Part shown: piece after piece, positions 10,255 to 20,569 of the stretch | Layout of the letters: each line of letters opens with the position of its first letter | How positions within the stretch are numbered: the stretch's first letter is position 1 | Assembly: GCA_035510735.1 (NCBI GenBank) | Contig: DATKGN010000007.1 | Span: forward strand, 105 to 64,104 | From: Patescibacteria group bacterium | GTDB taxonomy: Bacteria; Patescibacteriota; Microgenomatia; UBA10105; UBA927 | DNA: 64,000 nucleotides | Direction: 5' to 3' | Notes under the pieces: model-generated | What the model saw: only the letters and a program-made list of their open reading frames with translations | Databases searched by the model: none | Told to the model about the DNA's origin: nothing | Made by a program: the position numbers and the translations under genes

Positions 10255-12027
10255 ATGGAAAAGTATTGCCTTTTAAAAGAAACGATGCGGATGCTAAGCT
10301 TATCCCCTTTGTCACTCAACATGCTACAACAAATAGCGTGGACAAAGCTTTTGATAAGCGGACGCCTAAGCAAAGGAAATGAAATGGCTATAACAGCCGT
10401 AATGAACATCACCGGTGTGCTCGACAAGCATGTCGGCGAACAATTACTATTGCACGTGACCCCGGTGGGAACCGTTCCGTTTGCCTTTCAATGGGCAAAG
10501 GGTGGCACTCCCATTCCTGGGCTAACCGGCGACACACTGGACATCCCGCACCTAGCATTAGCGGATGCCGCCGATTACACCTGCAATATCAGCGATGCTG
10601 CTGGCGATCATTTAGTTACCCCCTCGGTAACTGTTCATGTGACCGTCATGCCGCTCCCAACGCCCCTCGCGTTGACGATCGCGCCAGTAGCTGGCACGAT
10701 TACAAAAAATGTAGGGGATCCTTTTCAAGTCACTGCTACCGCTACCGGTGGCATTGCCCCCTATGTTTTTGAAGCAAAACGCGGCGCTACAGTCGTTCCA
10801 ATGACTGGTAATGTGCTTTCGATCGCAAATCTGACGGCCGGCGAAGCAGGGCAATACACGGTTTCCGTTAAGGACTCCGCAGTGCCCCCGACGCAAGTTA
10901 CGTCAGCAGTGATTGATCTGCATGTCAATGCCGCGACCGCGACCGCAGCGCGTCCCATACCTTGGTGGGTTTGGGTTCCATTAATCATCGGTGTAGCGAT
11001 CCTATTAGGGATTGCGTTGCAGCCGCTTGGTCAGAAAATGGCCGACCTGGTTGTGCCCGTTTCACCGACTCCGACAGTCGCGCCGACCACGCAGCAGATT
11101 ACTCCAACCCCTGGATTCCACGCGGAACCCGGATTTACTGGAGCTCCAACCGAAGCGCCCACCACCGCAGCAACTCAAGCGCCCACCACCGCAGCGCCCG
11201 CAGCCAATTCTGGCTCGAGCAATGTATCGACGAGTATCGGCGATGGAAAAGCCTTGGCTGAAAGTTTGCTCGGCAAAACGCTGCCTTGGCCGCCTGACAA
11301 ATATGTCGCAGGAAAACCTGGTTTTCCAACCACCTGCGCAGGCCTTTGTTGGGACTTGTCCAAACTCGCACAGGGTATTATGGTGCACTATGGACCAAAC
11401 CTGGGCGAAGAAGACATTACGGAATCTCCGAGCAATTTTGGCGACGGTTCAACCGGCCCGCTCGAGCTTATGACCTCCGGTAAGGTGACGAAAGTCATCT
11501 TCGCCAACGCGGTTGATGCACAATTGGAAATGTGCGCAATCGGCACCCTGGACGGCAAGCCGCTGACCGAGGTGTTAGGTGTCGCTCAAGGCGAGTGCGG
11601 AAAGCGTGTCGCGCTGCCCGCTGGATGGCATGTTATTGAAGATAATGCCAACTCGCCAGTCGCAGGATTCGGCGTGCGCTTCACGGCAACAGCCTGGGCC
11701 AGCATGTCCGAGGACCAAATTGTGAAGTACAACAGCTATTGGTCCGTTTCCGGCGATACCGCAACTTGGAAAGGCCCTGACGGCGTCGAGATTCTTATGC
11801 CACCCGCTTTGGTGAGCATGATGCAGGATTTTGGAACCCTAAAGAAGGTGGTCTTTACGACATCAACTGAAGGTCAAATCCTTTTCTGCAACGGATCAGT
11901 TAGTGGTCCGGCGAATTTCGATTCAAAAGACGGCGCATGCCATCAGTACACGGTTCCCGCTGGAACCTACACGTACTCTGGTGAACAGCGTCTGTCCGCT
12001 GGCATCTCTTGGGAACCTGCCAAGTAA
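10255..12027 (+). CDS. membrane-anchored surface protein with Ig-like N-terminal region, one TM helix, Pro/Thr-rich linker and Cys/His-containing C-terminal domain
   Basis: TM 'PIPWWVWVPLIIGVAILLGIAL'; PT-rich 'PTPTVAPTTQQITPTPG...APTTAATQAPTTAAP'; 'FPTTCAGLCWDLS' and 'LPAGWHVIEDN' weakly reminiscent of an NlpC/P60- or CHAP-type Cys-His pair; true start may be the internal Met near 10383. Confidence 0.5.
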   Translation: MEKYCLLKETMRMLSLSPLSLNMLQQIAWTKLLISGRLSKGNEMAITAVMNITGVLDKHVGEQLLLHVTPVGTVPFAFQWAKGGTPIPGLTGDTLDIPHLALADAADYTCNISDAAGDHLVTPSVTVHVTVMPLPTPLALTIAPVAGTITKNVGDPFQVTATATGGIAPYVFEAKRGATVVPMTGNVLSIANLTAGEAGQYTVSVKDSAVPPTQVTSAVIDLHVNAATATAARPIPWWVWVPLIIGVAILLGIALQPLGQKMADLVVPVSPTPTVAPTTQQITPTPGFHAEPGFTGAPTEAPTTAATQAPTTAAPAANSGSSNVSTSIGDGKALAESLLGKTLPWPPDKYVAGKPGFPTTCAGLCWDLSKLAQGIMVHYGPNLGEEDITESPSNFGDGSTGPLELMTSGKVTKVIFANAVDAQLEMCAIGTLDGKPLTEVLGVAQGECGKRVALPAGWHVIEDNANSPVAGFGVRFTATAWASMSEDQIVKYNSYWSVSGDTATWKGPDGVEILMPPALVSMMQDFGTLKKVVFTTSTEGQILFCNGSVSGPANFDSKDGACHQYTVPAGTYTYSGEQRLSAGISWEPAK

Positions 12028-12258
12028 CCATGTCCACCACCCACCTAGGGAGGTGAGCATGAAGAACTCAAAGAGGAGTCCACCACATCTGCCCTTTTGG
12101 GTGGACTCCTCTCGAGTTAGGGATTGGTGCCAGCGCAATAGGCAACCAAGTCGCCAGAGAATGACGACGAAATCAATTTATTGCGAACACGGAGAGTGAG
12201 ATTGATGGCCACTAGGCTGTCTGCAGTTTAGACTGGCAATCTTTTTTGCCTCTCCAAA

Positions 12259-13263
12259 TTGTTTATCTCGCTGCGTTCTCGTGTTCTTCGAGCGCTGAAT
12301 TTCGATTCAACGCTGGAAGTTAACATGAAAAGTAAACACATACATAGGAAGCCTTTGGTTTCCGTCATCATGCCTGTATATAATGCGGGGAAGTTTCTGG
12401 CGCCTGCAATTGAAAGCATTATCAGGCAAACATACGAGCATATAGAACTCATCATCGTCGATGATGCCTCGACCGATGACTCATGGGAAATAGTCAAGGC
12501 CTATCGGAGGCGATATCCGAAGCTCATCCGCGTCTACAGGGTTCACAAGCAAACAAACTCCGCAGGGAACGGAGCCACGAACTTAGGGCTTACCAAAGCA
12601 CGCGGACAATTCATTGCCCGTATGGATGCCGATGACCTGTCCTATCCGGAGCGGATAGAAAAACAGGTCGCATACATGACCGCTCACCCGGTAACCATCG
12701 TATTGGGAACTCAGGCTAAAGTTATTGACAAACACGACAAAATAATCGGCGTTAAGAATATGCCGACAACCCATGATGCCATATACGAACAATTCGGCAT
12801 TCTCCACCCGCTCATTCACCCGTCGGTAATGATCAGGAGATCATTATTACCGTATGCGGATAAGATCTATGCCATGAAATGGGATGTAAACGATGACTAC
12901 TATACATTTTTCCGGCTCCTGAACTATGGCGCATTCGCAAACCTACCGGAATATCTTTTAAAATACCGTATCCACGGTAACAATTTGTCATTAAACAATC
13001 CGAAAGAAAAATTCATGAATTCCATAAAAATACGCTTAGACGCGATGCGGCAGGGATATCATATGTCCTTATCCAGCATGCTTATCATGTTTGTCCAATT
13101 TGCTATGTTATCCATAACGCCGTCAGGGCTCATCGTGCCGGTCTACATGTTCGTACGGGGAATGAATCAAAAACCTGAAAAATCATTTCTATCGTGGCTC
13201 AAGAAGCTTCCGGTACCGGCACGCATCGTAAGTATCGCGAAAAAATACTATACTTATACGTGA
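12259..13263 (+). CDS. family 2 glycosyltransferase (GT-A fold)
   Basis: 'PLVSVIMPVYNAGKFLAPAIESIIRQTYEHIELIIVDDASTDDS' is the canonical GT2 N-terminal signature; a DAD-type DxD motif follows; probable ATG start at about 12325 (MKSKHIHRK). Confidence 0.8.
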   Translation: MFISLRSRVLRALNFDSTLEVNMKSKHIHRKPLVSVIMPVYNAGKFLAPAIESIIRQTYEHIELIIVDDASTDDSWEIVKAYRRRYPKLIRVYRVHKQTNSAGNGATNLGLTKARGQFIARMDADDLSYPERIEKQVAYMTAHPVTIVLGTQAKVIDKHDKIIGVKNMPTTHDAIYEQFGILHPLIHPSVMIRRSLLPYADKIYAMKWDVNDDYYTFFRLLNYGAFANLPEYLLKYRIHGNNLSLNNPKEKFMNSIKIRLDAMRQGYHMSLSSMLIMFVQFAMLSITPSGLIVPVYMFVRGMNQKPEKSFLSWLKKLPVPARIVSIAKKYYTYT

Positions 13264-13285
13264 AAGCAAATACCCGCTTTCAGGT

Positions 13286-16200
13286 ATGAAAATCATCTTC
13301 AAAACACTTGGTAAGTACTGGCCCATCCTGGCACTTCTTGTTATTGAGGTTATTTTGTTCTCAGCCAACTACACCCCGCACACGTTTGTTGTGGGTTGGG
13401 ACAATATGTATCCGGAGCTTAACTTCGGACTTAATCTTAAACGCGCGTTTTTCGGAATCTGGCAGGAGTATCGCGGATTAGGCCTGGAAGACGGACTATC
13501 CCACATAGCAGAGTTACCCCACTACCTATTTCTTTGGCTCCTCTCACTCGCCATCCCGCAGAACTTATTACGGTATACCTTTATATTTCTCATGCACTTC
13601 GTTGGCGGCGTTGGCATGTATTGGTTACTGAAAAACCATATCTTCGCGAAACATCATTCGATCGCAATTCAGCCAATTGCCCTCGCAGGAGCATTGTTTT
13701 ACCAATTTAACTTCGCAACCATTCAGATGTTTTACCTCCCATTTGAAGTGTTTATGGTTCATTTCGCCGCATTACCGTGGCTAATATATGCTGCGCTCCG
13801 ATATCTTGATGCAGGAGCCAAAAAATATCTTTGGCTTTTTGCTATTTTTTCACTTATATCTACCCCTCAAGCTCATGTGCCAACGGTTTTTCTTGTTTAC
13901 GCGATGACTCTAGGGATTATTCTGATAACTCATATGCTTACTTTTCGAAGTCGAATCGCCGTTCAGAGAAGCCTCATCATTATTTTCATCACGTTTATGG
14001 TAAACGCGTTTTGGGGGCTGCCTTTTACTCATACAACAATCACCCATGCCAGCGATATCGCCAATTCTAAGAACAATCAAATGGCTACCGATGATATATA
14101 TCTTAAGAACCAAAAGTATGGAGATCTTATGGATACTGCACTCATGCGGAGTTTTAGCCTTGACTACGTTCAATATGACTACACCACACACTCTCAGAAT
14201 AATATGTTTACCGCCTGGAAAACCCATATAGATAAACCAACCATATCGATAATCTCCGGGGTATTTTTTGCGCTAGCGGTTGTGGGTGTTGCACTTATTC
14301 TCATCCGCCAAAAAAAAGAAGGCTACCCGTTCGTTCTTCTTTTTGTATTCGCATTCCTTGTAATCGGAAATAACATCCCGATACTTTCCCGTTTCTCCGA
14401 AACTCTACAAACGATTATCCCTCTTTTTCACAATGTATTTCGTTTCGTATTCACAAAATTTTTTACTCTTTACGCATTTTCGTATGCGATACTAATTGCC
14501 TATACTCTCTATGAAATAGTTCACAGCACGAGCCACGCAATAAAAAGAGACACAATTATCATTGTATCGTTTTTTGTCGTAATTCTGACGATTTATACGT
14601 TACCGTCGTTTCAGGGAAACTTCTTTTTCAAAAATCTCCGCGTGGCAATACCACAGGAATACTTTGAAACATTCAATTTTTTATCTCAACAAAATCCGTC
14701 AGAACGGGTACTTGTGCTTCCTGCTCCATGGTTTTGGGCGTGGACACAATATAACTGGGATGTCATCGGATCAGGTTTCGAGTGGTTCGGTATCCCCCAA
14801 CCAATCGTCGATCGTGCATTTGACCCCTGGAGCCGAACGGATGAAAACCTTTATTGGGAGCTTTCGCAGGCCATATTCACCAAAAATCCGTCCCGCTTTG
14901 AAGAAATATTGAAGAAATATAACATCACGTGGGTACTCTACGATAAAAATATCATAAACGGCGACTATGAAAGATCTCTTTATAGCGATGTTATTACACA
15001 ATCCCTTGAGTCACTCAAACAAATATCTCCTCCTCAAACCTTCGGTAATATTTCTCTTTACAATTATCAAACGGATAACCCGGATAAAACATCCATCACC
15101 TCGTACGATGGGCTTCCGAATATCGGACCGCAGTATGCGTGGAACGATTATGATGCTCCCCTCCGGGACGTTTCGATATACAAAACTGACACACATACGC
15201 CGTACGATATATATTACCCATTCCGATCGTTATTTACCGGAAGATCACAAAAAGAACTGACATTCACAATTGAAGATCAGCAAAACGACTATAGAATAAA
15301 CACATTGGTACAAGGTATTTCGTCGGGGCAACAACTGGTCACACCCGCATTTGACCCTCAAATATTAACTGATATCGATTCAAAAACAGGAAAACTTATT
15401 GCGCCGCCGGAACCACTAGCGGTACTCCTCAATTCTGAAATAATTGCTACCATAGGGGCCAAACCTGAAATAACGGAATTAAACACCACCTCTCCAAGCA
15501 TACTGACCTTGCAGATACCCAAGATCAAAAATTATCAATACTACGACAGCGATCTCACGAGCGATTTCTCACAAACACCCAAAAGCTGTGACGGATATAA
15601 TACCGGTGTGTTTTCCAGACACTCCGGAGTGGATAATCAGCAGAAGTATCTTCGATTTACAAGTGTCGGATCAAGCAATTGTATTTCGTTCGGCCTATCC
15701 TCCTTTTCCCAAAAAGAAGGGTATCTCGTTCAAGTAAATACAAGACATATTGAAGGGAAATATCTGTCTATTTCAATTGTCAACAATGATACCCGACGGG
15801 CGTTCTTAGAAACGCAGATTGATACACCAGCAGATTCATCAGCTTTTGTACCTTCCTACTTCGTCATCCCGCCTATGGATCCGTACGGATTAGGTTATAC
15901 CATAACAATTGATAATGTCGCGATCGGGAGTCAAAAAACAATTAATGATTTAGCGCGCGTTTCGGTATATCAGTTGTCGTACGCCATACTTTCTGACTTG
16001 AAAATTCAACAATCTAATACTGTCTCTACTTCTTCTGCAAGCACTTCTGAATTGTCCGTCTCTCATCCAAATCCCGCGTACTATAAAGTAGTAATCGGTA
16101 ATAATGGATCCCCGATCAGGTCGGGGATGACAAATACACTCATCCTTTCCCAATCCTTTGATAACGGGTGGAAAGCCTACAGTATCAATAATCCAATAAT

Positions 16201-16504
16201 CCAATATACAAATAATCCAATAATCAAATGGATTGGAGAATCGCTGCCATTCGTATTTGGCACGGAATTTACAAATCACGTCCTCGTCAATAATTGGGAA
16301 AATGGATGGGAGCTGCCTGAGGCAGAAGTTCATGGTTCAAAGTTCATAGTTCAGGGCAACACGAATCAACCATCAACCATGAACAATGAACCAATAACCA
16401 TTATTCTCTTTTTCTGGCCGCAGCTATTGGAGTATTTGGGATTTCTCCTTCTCCCTATTCCATTCATCTATGTATGGAGATTGAAGTACGTCGAAAAACA
16501 CTAA
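13286..16504 (+). CDS. large polytopic membrane protein (1072 aa), possible GT-C/YfhO-like membrane glycosyltransferase or polysaccharide-assembly protein
   Basis: About 12 N-terminal hydrophobic helices, a long extracytoplasmic C-terminal domain, a final TM near the C-terminus; immediately downstream of the GT2 gene. Confidence 0.55.
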   Translation: MKIIFKTLGKYWPILALLVIEVILFSANYTPHTFVVGWDNMYPELNFGLNLKRAFFGIWQEYRGLGLEDGLSHIAELPHYLFLWLLSLAIPQNLLRYTFIFLMHFVGGVGMYWLLKNHIFAKHHSIAIQPIALAGALFYQFNFATIQMFYLPFEVFMVHFAALPWLIYAALRYLDAGAKKYLWLFAIFSLISTPQAHVPTVFLVYAMTLGIILITHMLTFRSRIAVQRSLIIIFITFMVNAFWGLPFTHTTITHASDIANSKNNQMATDDIYLKNQKYGDLMDTALMRSFSLDYVQYDYTTHSQNNMFTAWKTHIDKPTISIISGVFFALAVVGVALILIRQKKEGYPFVLLFVFAFLVIGNNIPILSRFSETLQTIIPLFHNVFRFVFTKFFTLYAFSYAILIAYTLYEIVHSTSHAIKRDTIIIVSFFVVILTIYTLPSFQGNFFFKNLRVAIPQEYFETFNFLSQQNPSERVLVLPAPWFWAWTQYNWDVIGSGFEWFGIPQPIVDRAFDPWSRTDENLYWELSQAIFTKNPSRFEEILKKYNITWVLYDKNIINGDYERSLYSDVITQSLESLKQISPPQTFGNISLYNYQTDNPDKTSITSYDGLPNIGPQYAWNDYDAPLRDVSIYKTDTHTPYDIYYPFRSLFTGRSQKELTFTIEDQQNDYRINTLVQGISSGQQLVTPAFDPQILTDIDSKTGKLIAPPEPLAVLLNSEIIATIGAKPEITELNTTSPSILTLQIPKIKNYQYYDSDLTSDFSQTPKSCDGYNTGVFSRHSGVDNQQKYLRFTSVGSSNCISFGLSSFSQKEGYLVQVNTRHIEGKYLSISIVNNDTRRAFLETQIDTPADSSAFVPSYFVIPPMDPYGLGYTITIDNVAIGSQKTINDLARVSVYQLSYAILSDLKIQQSNTVSTSSASTSELSVSHPNPAYYKVVIGNNGSPIRSGMTNTLILSQSFDNGWKAYSINNPIIQYTNNPIIKWIGESLPFVFGTEFTNHVLVNNWENGWELPEAEVHGSKFIVQGNTNQPSTMNNEPITIILFFWPQLLEYLGFLLLPIPFIYVWRLKYVEKH

Positions 16505-16534
16505 TTCAATTGTTCTATTGTTAGATCGCTAAAT

Positions 16535-16614
16535 TGTTACTTGGTTACTTGGTTACTTTGTTAATTGGTTACTTGGTTACTTGGTTACTTTGTTACTTGG
16601 TTACTTTGTTAATT
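16535..16614. repeat. octamer microsatellite (TTACTTGG / TTACTTTG)n, ~10 units
   Basis: Seen directly, between two convergent genes; the track ORF 16534..16812 over it is an artefact. Confidence 0.7.
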
Positions 16615-16634
16615 GCCGTTTCTTGTCCTGGGTA

Positions 16635-18167
16635 TCAACGCGCGCCTGTGCCGGGGAACATCAGACTCGCTCTTAATCGCTCTTGGGGCGTCAGAGGTAT
16701 CACTTCATCTCCTATTTCGCTTTGCCATTTCTTAAAAAATGCCCAAACTTTCGATTTCAGGGGTTCTCGGGCAAGCTCACCTGAATCTATCCATTTGCTC
16801 ACAGCAGCATGAAAGCCTTTAATGATATTTTCGTGAAACTCCATACCCATTTCCGAAAATCCCTGCTCACAGACGGCAAGGGCCAAATCAGGCGATACAA
16901 CCTGCGGGAGGTGACTATAGAGATAAATCCGGACATCTGCATGATCATCGGTACGCCGTCTCTCTATGAGGTTTCGTAAACGCGTTCGCAGTGGAGACAT
17001 CGTATGCTTATCTCCCTCTATCTGACCGGCTGACACCAATGCATACTGCCGGACTTCATATGAAGGATCATCCGTCAATTTGTTCACATCGTTGTATAAA
17101 CCAATATTTCTTTGCTTTTTCGGAAGAAATGCCATGATCTTTGCTGCGACAATTCGCTCCTCTTCCTGACCCACCGCAAGCTCATGAAACTGATTAATTA
17201 CCTCGTTGGAATATTCTTGTGCGAAATTATGCAAGTACTCAACAACCGTTGATCGCACATCCTCTTCTTCCACATCAAGAAGCCTCGTAAGCCCGCTCAC
17301 AGCTTCCCGACGATCTAACTCCATATAATATTCAATGACATTAAATAATGCGTTATGTCTTCGCGCGTCGTGCGGTTGTATTTCATACTTCAAGAGATTG
17401 TCAATCAGAACTCCCACGGCATTAAATCCCGCCTGATGGAAGGCTTGTGGGTCATCGATGTTGCCGTAGACAGCGTAGTTGTCTTGAGGGTTATTCCAAA
17501 GATTGGAAAGCCAACCTATGAGGTCGGGTTGCACGTTTTCAGGTAAATTCCCCAACTGAGGATTATATTTCAAGGCGTTTAACGTCAAAATATCCGACAA
17601 TAATGCGGTACTATATTGCCCTCTTATCCCCGGGTCTTTGATAATTGATGTCAACCCGTGCGTTGCTAACTTCCACATGGCAAATTGATCCCCCATTACC
17701 CCCTCACGGGTGGCAACTATGGCCTTTGCTAAACCGGGAAATGCCATCCCTTCATGTTCAAGTTGTGAACCCCGTATTTTTTCGCGCATATCGACAAAAT
17801 GATACCCGTTTTGCTTGGGCCAAACCATAGCCCATGCAAATACTTGTCCGATCCGATCCTCTGTTTCGAGACTCGGTCGACCGGAAATCTTATAAAACGG
17901 ATCATGATCATAGGCTTTTTTTGCTCCCCAAACCATCTCATGATATAGGCCCGTGAACCTATCCGACGCACCATCTCTCCCAAGTGTTTTATCTTCAATA
18001 TATCCAATAGGCCCATTATTGGCTAAAAACCAATCTACCGCGCGTTCCCAAATCGGCATAAATTTAAAGTCAGGAGGATTAAGCCACTTTTCCATCATGA
18101 CGGGATCATCCAAATTAATAAATTTTCCGACGACATCAAGTGAGGGTTGATCTGGATTTGTTGGCAT
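16635..18167 (-). CDS. hypothetical protein, expanded paralog family A (HEAT/ARM-like C-terminal repeats)
   Basis: Shares collinear blocks with 18222..19718 (VFAWAMVWPKQ vs ALGWAVVWPQ; FPGLAKAIVATREG vs HPGVAIAIVQAR; LLSDILTLNAL vs LLRDILTYNVL); HEAT-like 'EVRQYALVSAG', 'DVRIYLYSHL'. Confidence 0.55.
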   Translation of the reverse strand: MPTNPDQPSLDVVGKFINLDDPVMMEKWLNPPDFKFMPIWERAVDWFLANNGPIGYIEDKTLGRDGASDRFTGLYHEMVWGAKKAYDHDPFYKISGRPSLETEDRIGQVFAWAMVWPKQNGYHFVDMREKIRGSQLEHEGMAFPGLAKAIVATREGVMGDQFAMWKLATHGLTSIIKDPGIRGQYSTALLSDILTLNALKYNPQLGNLPENVQPDLIGWLSNLWNNPQDNYAVYGNIDDPQAFHQAGFNAVGVLIDNLLKYEIQPHDARRHNALFNVIEYYMELDRREAVSGLTRLLDVEEEDVRSTVVEYLHNFAQEYSNEVINQFHELAVGQEEERIVAAKIMAFLPKKQRNIGLYNDVNKLTDDPSYEVRQYALVSAGQIEGDKHTMSPLRTRLRNLIERRRTDDHADVRIYLYSHLPQVVSPDLALAVCEQGFSEMGMEFHENIIKGFHAAVSKWIDSGELAREPLKSKVWAFFKKWQSEIGDEVIPLTPQERLRASLMFPGTGAR

Positions 18168-18221
18168 AACGGTAATTATGGGTAGGAGTTAGGCAGATTA
18201 TTGTATAGTGTCGTATATTTG

Positions 18222-19718
18222 TCAAGAAAAAATATTGTTATTCGTGAGCAAGTCTATAAGGGGACGAGCACTCTTTAGATTTCCTGTTGTTACCTCACTA
18301 GCTAGAAATTCCCTGACCCGCTGCGTCAGATCTGCATCAAGAATCTTCGTCTCATATTTCCATCCTCTAACCGTTGCCGCAAATGCGCTCCATATTCTCT
18401 TCCGTTGATTCTCCGTCGCAACATCCTGAAGCCCCCGGCTCACAAGACGAAAGGCAAATTCCGGTGTGACCTGAGACTGAAGCGATTCATACAACTCGCT
18501 TACTTCCGGGTGATCGAATAAATTATCCAAGATACCGTCACGAATTCTTGCTGCAAGACCTTTATCAACATTTGGATCTCGCTCGACGAAGGCTACTGAG
18601 GCAAAAGCGCTCGCCCGGACCGAGAGTGACTGATCAAACGCCAATTGATCGAATAGCTCACCCAACAACTCTTCGCCGTGTATTTCCGGCAGAAACCGGA
18701 TTAATCGGGCCGCTATTTTGCGCCCTTCTACATCTGGTGATCCTTTATGTTTAGCAATGTGATCCACGAGAATACCAGGATTACGGTGAAGTATTCGGGA
18801 AATTGTCATATGAGCCTTGCCGCGCGGGAGATTTTCAGGCAAATCCATATATTGCGAAAGTATGTCTAACGAATCGGAATCATCAATTCGCGAGACATAT
18901 TCGTTCACTGCCAATAACGCGCTTACCCTTCGTCCGGAATGAGGCGATATATCCCTAGGACAACCTATCAATGTGCGGACAAAATCGCCCACAGCACGCG
19001 TTGCAGTTTCCCGCTCAACCGGAGAGAATTTTCGATCGTTAAATAAATCTAGCCACATGAGTAATTCCGGCTGGGACGCGACCGGCGGATCCTGAATTCC
19101 GGTATCATGACTGTTAAGAAGAACATTGTATGTAAGAATATCCCTAAGGAGGCTGACGCCCACCTCTTTGGCTTTTTCTTCTGATACGATCGACTTGACG
19201 CCCTCAACGGCTAAATCCCATAGATAGAACTGATCCAGCTCCCGCTCCATTCTTGCCTGAACGATTGCAATTGCCACCCCGGGGTGTTTGATGCCGATAT
19301 TCTGAAGATCGGAATCTTCATCCCTCATAGTCGAGTCTATTTGTTGAAGGTCAGGATATTGAGGCCAAACAACCGCCCAGCCCAAGGCTTTTTTAATCCG
19401 GTCAAGGACCTGTGATTTCCGCGGATTATCATCATGAAGTTTATACGCGAAGTTGTACGCTCCGACTGCCCCGTCAATTAATGCACTATACAGCTCCCGG
19501 GATTCTATTCCGTAATCCCGTTTAAGAGAAGACGTCTCAACATACGTCACCGGGCCGTCTTTGCCTGATAATAAATGGTCAACCGCATTCCCCCACATGT
19601 CTACTGTAAGCGGGTGAAAATGAAGGGCTGCCTCCAGATTATTGGGGTTTGAAAATAGCCGATCCGCAACTTTATGAGCAAATCCTTTGTGTTCGGTTTC
19701 TACTGGCGCCAATGTCAT
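18222..19718 (-). CDS. hypothetical protein, paralog family A
   Basis: See 16635..18167; HEAT-like 'SVRASAFASVAF'. Confidence 0.55.
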   Translation of the reverse strand: MTLAPVETEHKGFAHKVADRLFSNPNNLEAALHFHPLTVDMWGNAVDHLLSGKDGPVTYVETSSLKRDYGIESRELYSALIDGAVGAYNFAYKLHDDNPRKSQVLDRIKKALGWAVVWPQYPDLQQIDSTMRDEDSDLQNIGIKHPGVAIAIVQARMERELDQFYLWDLAVEGVKSIVSEEKAKEVGVSLLRDILTYNVLLNSHDTGIQDPPVASQPELLMWLDLFNDRKFSPVERETATRAVGDFVRTLIGCPRDISPHSGRRVSALLAVNEYVSRIDDSDSLDILSQYMDLPENLPRGKAHMTISRILHRNPGILVDHIAKHKGSPDVEGRKIAARLIRFLPEIHGEELLGELFDQLAFDQSLSVRASAFASVAFVERDPNVDKGLAARIRDGILDNLFDHPEVSELYESLQSQVTPEFAFRLVSRGLQDVATENQRKRIWSAFAATVRGWKYETKILDADLTQRVREFLASEVTTGNLKSARPLIDLLTNNNIFS

Positions 19719-19847
19719 GTGTTTTTATGAGGCAGAGGAAAACTTGTGTGAAGTATCCTACACTTGGCTTTGATTGTCAATATAATGCCAAACCAGGTCA
19801 CCTACGAGGCCTAGGTCACCTAAAATATGGCATGATAGAATACAGTC

Positions 19848-20567
19848 ATGCTGACTCTTATTCTTCTCGCAGAACTCATCGTCCTCTATTTTCTCTCTCG
19901 TTGGGTGACACAGAGCTTATTTACGTTCTTTCTCCTCCTTTTCCGATCACGCCCGGTAGCCGTCTCTATTCTTCTCGTTCTCGAATTCCCCGGCACGGCG
20001 ATTCATGAACTTTCCCACCTGTTTACTGCCGAGATTTTAGGCGTCAAGACGGGAAAATTGTCATTGGAACCTGAATCCATCCGCGGACCGGATATAACGA
20101 GCGGCAGTGTTATGATCGCCGAAACCGACCCGTTCCGGCGCTATGCCATCGGCCTCGCGCCTATATTTTCGGGGATAATTGCACTAACGGCGATTTCATA
20201 CTTTACAAACGGTCTATGGACGTCTGTTTTTTCATCGCATGTGGTTTTTTACCAAAATGCTGATTTTTATTTGTTACTCCTCATCGGGTATTGTTTATTT
20301 GCCGTCAGTAATACGATGTTCTCCTCACCCGCTGATTTGAAAGGCTTTATCCCCTTTTGTATTGTGTTGACTGTTTTTGTCGTCGCGCTCTACTTTACCG
20401 GCATACGGATTGTTCTGACGGGATTTGTACTTGAAGAGGTCACTAGAGTGGTAACAACGTTGGTTAGTAGTCTCGGTATTGTTCTTGCGATTAATGCGGG
20501 GCTATTGGTCGTCGCCTGGGCGCTTCGGAGCGTCCTTCAAAAAATAATGCATCTTCAAATTGTTTAA
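19848..20567 (+). CDS. polytopic membrane protein with HEXXH motif, putative intramembrane zinc metalloprotease
   Basis: 'FPGTAIHELSHLFTAEILG' (HExxH) inside a hydrophobic segment; 5-6 predicted TM helices. Confidence 0.45.
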   Translation: MLTLILLAELIVLYFLSRWVTQSLFTFFLLLFRSRPVAVSILLVLEFPGTAIHELSHLFTAEILGVKTGKLSLEPESIRGPDITSGSVMIAETDPFRRYAIGLAPIFSGIIALTAISYFTNGLWTSVFSSHVVFYQNADFYLLLLIGYCLFAVSNTMFSSPADLKGFIPFCIVLTVFVVALYFTGIRIVLTGFVLEEVTRVVTTLVSSLGIVLAINAGLLVVAWALRSVLQKIMHLQIV

Positions 20568-20569
20568 CG

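Noticed and set aside
10491-11473. Multiple 60-150-aa ORFs in alternative frames inside 10255..12027
   Set aside because: Embedded in a long, well-supported ORF with TM and PT-linker features; Arg/Ser-rich alternative-frame artefacts of GC-rich sequence.
16534-16812. 92-aa ORF 'MLLGYLVTLLIGYLVTWLLCYLV...'
   Set aside because: Translation of the (TTACTTGG)n microsatellite; overlaps the 3' end of the convergent family A gene.
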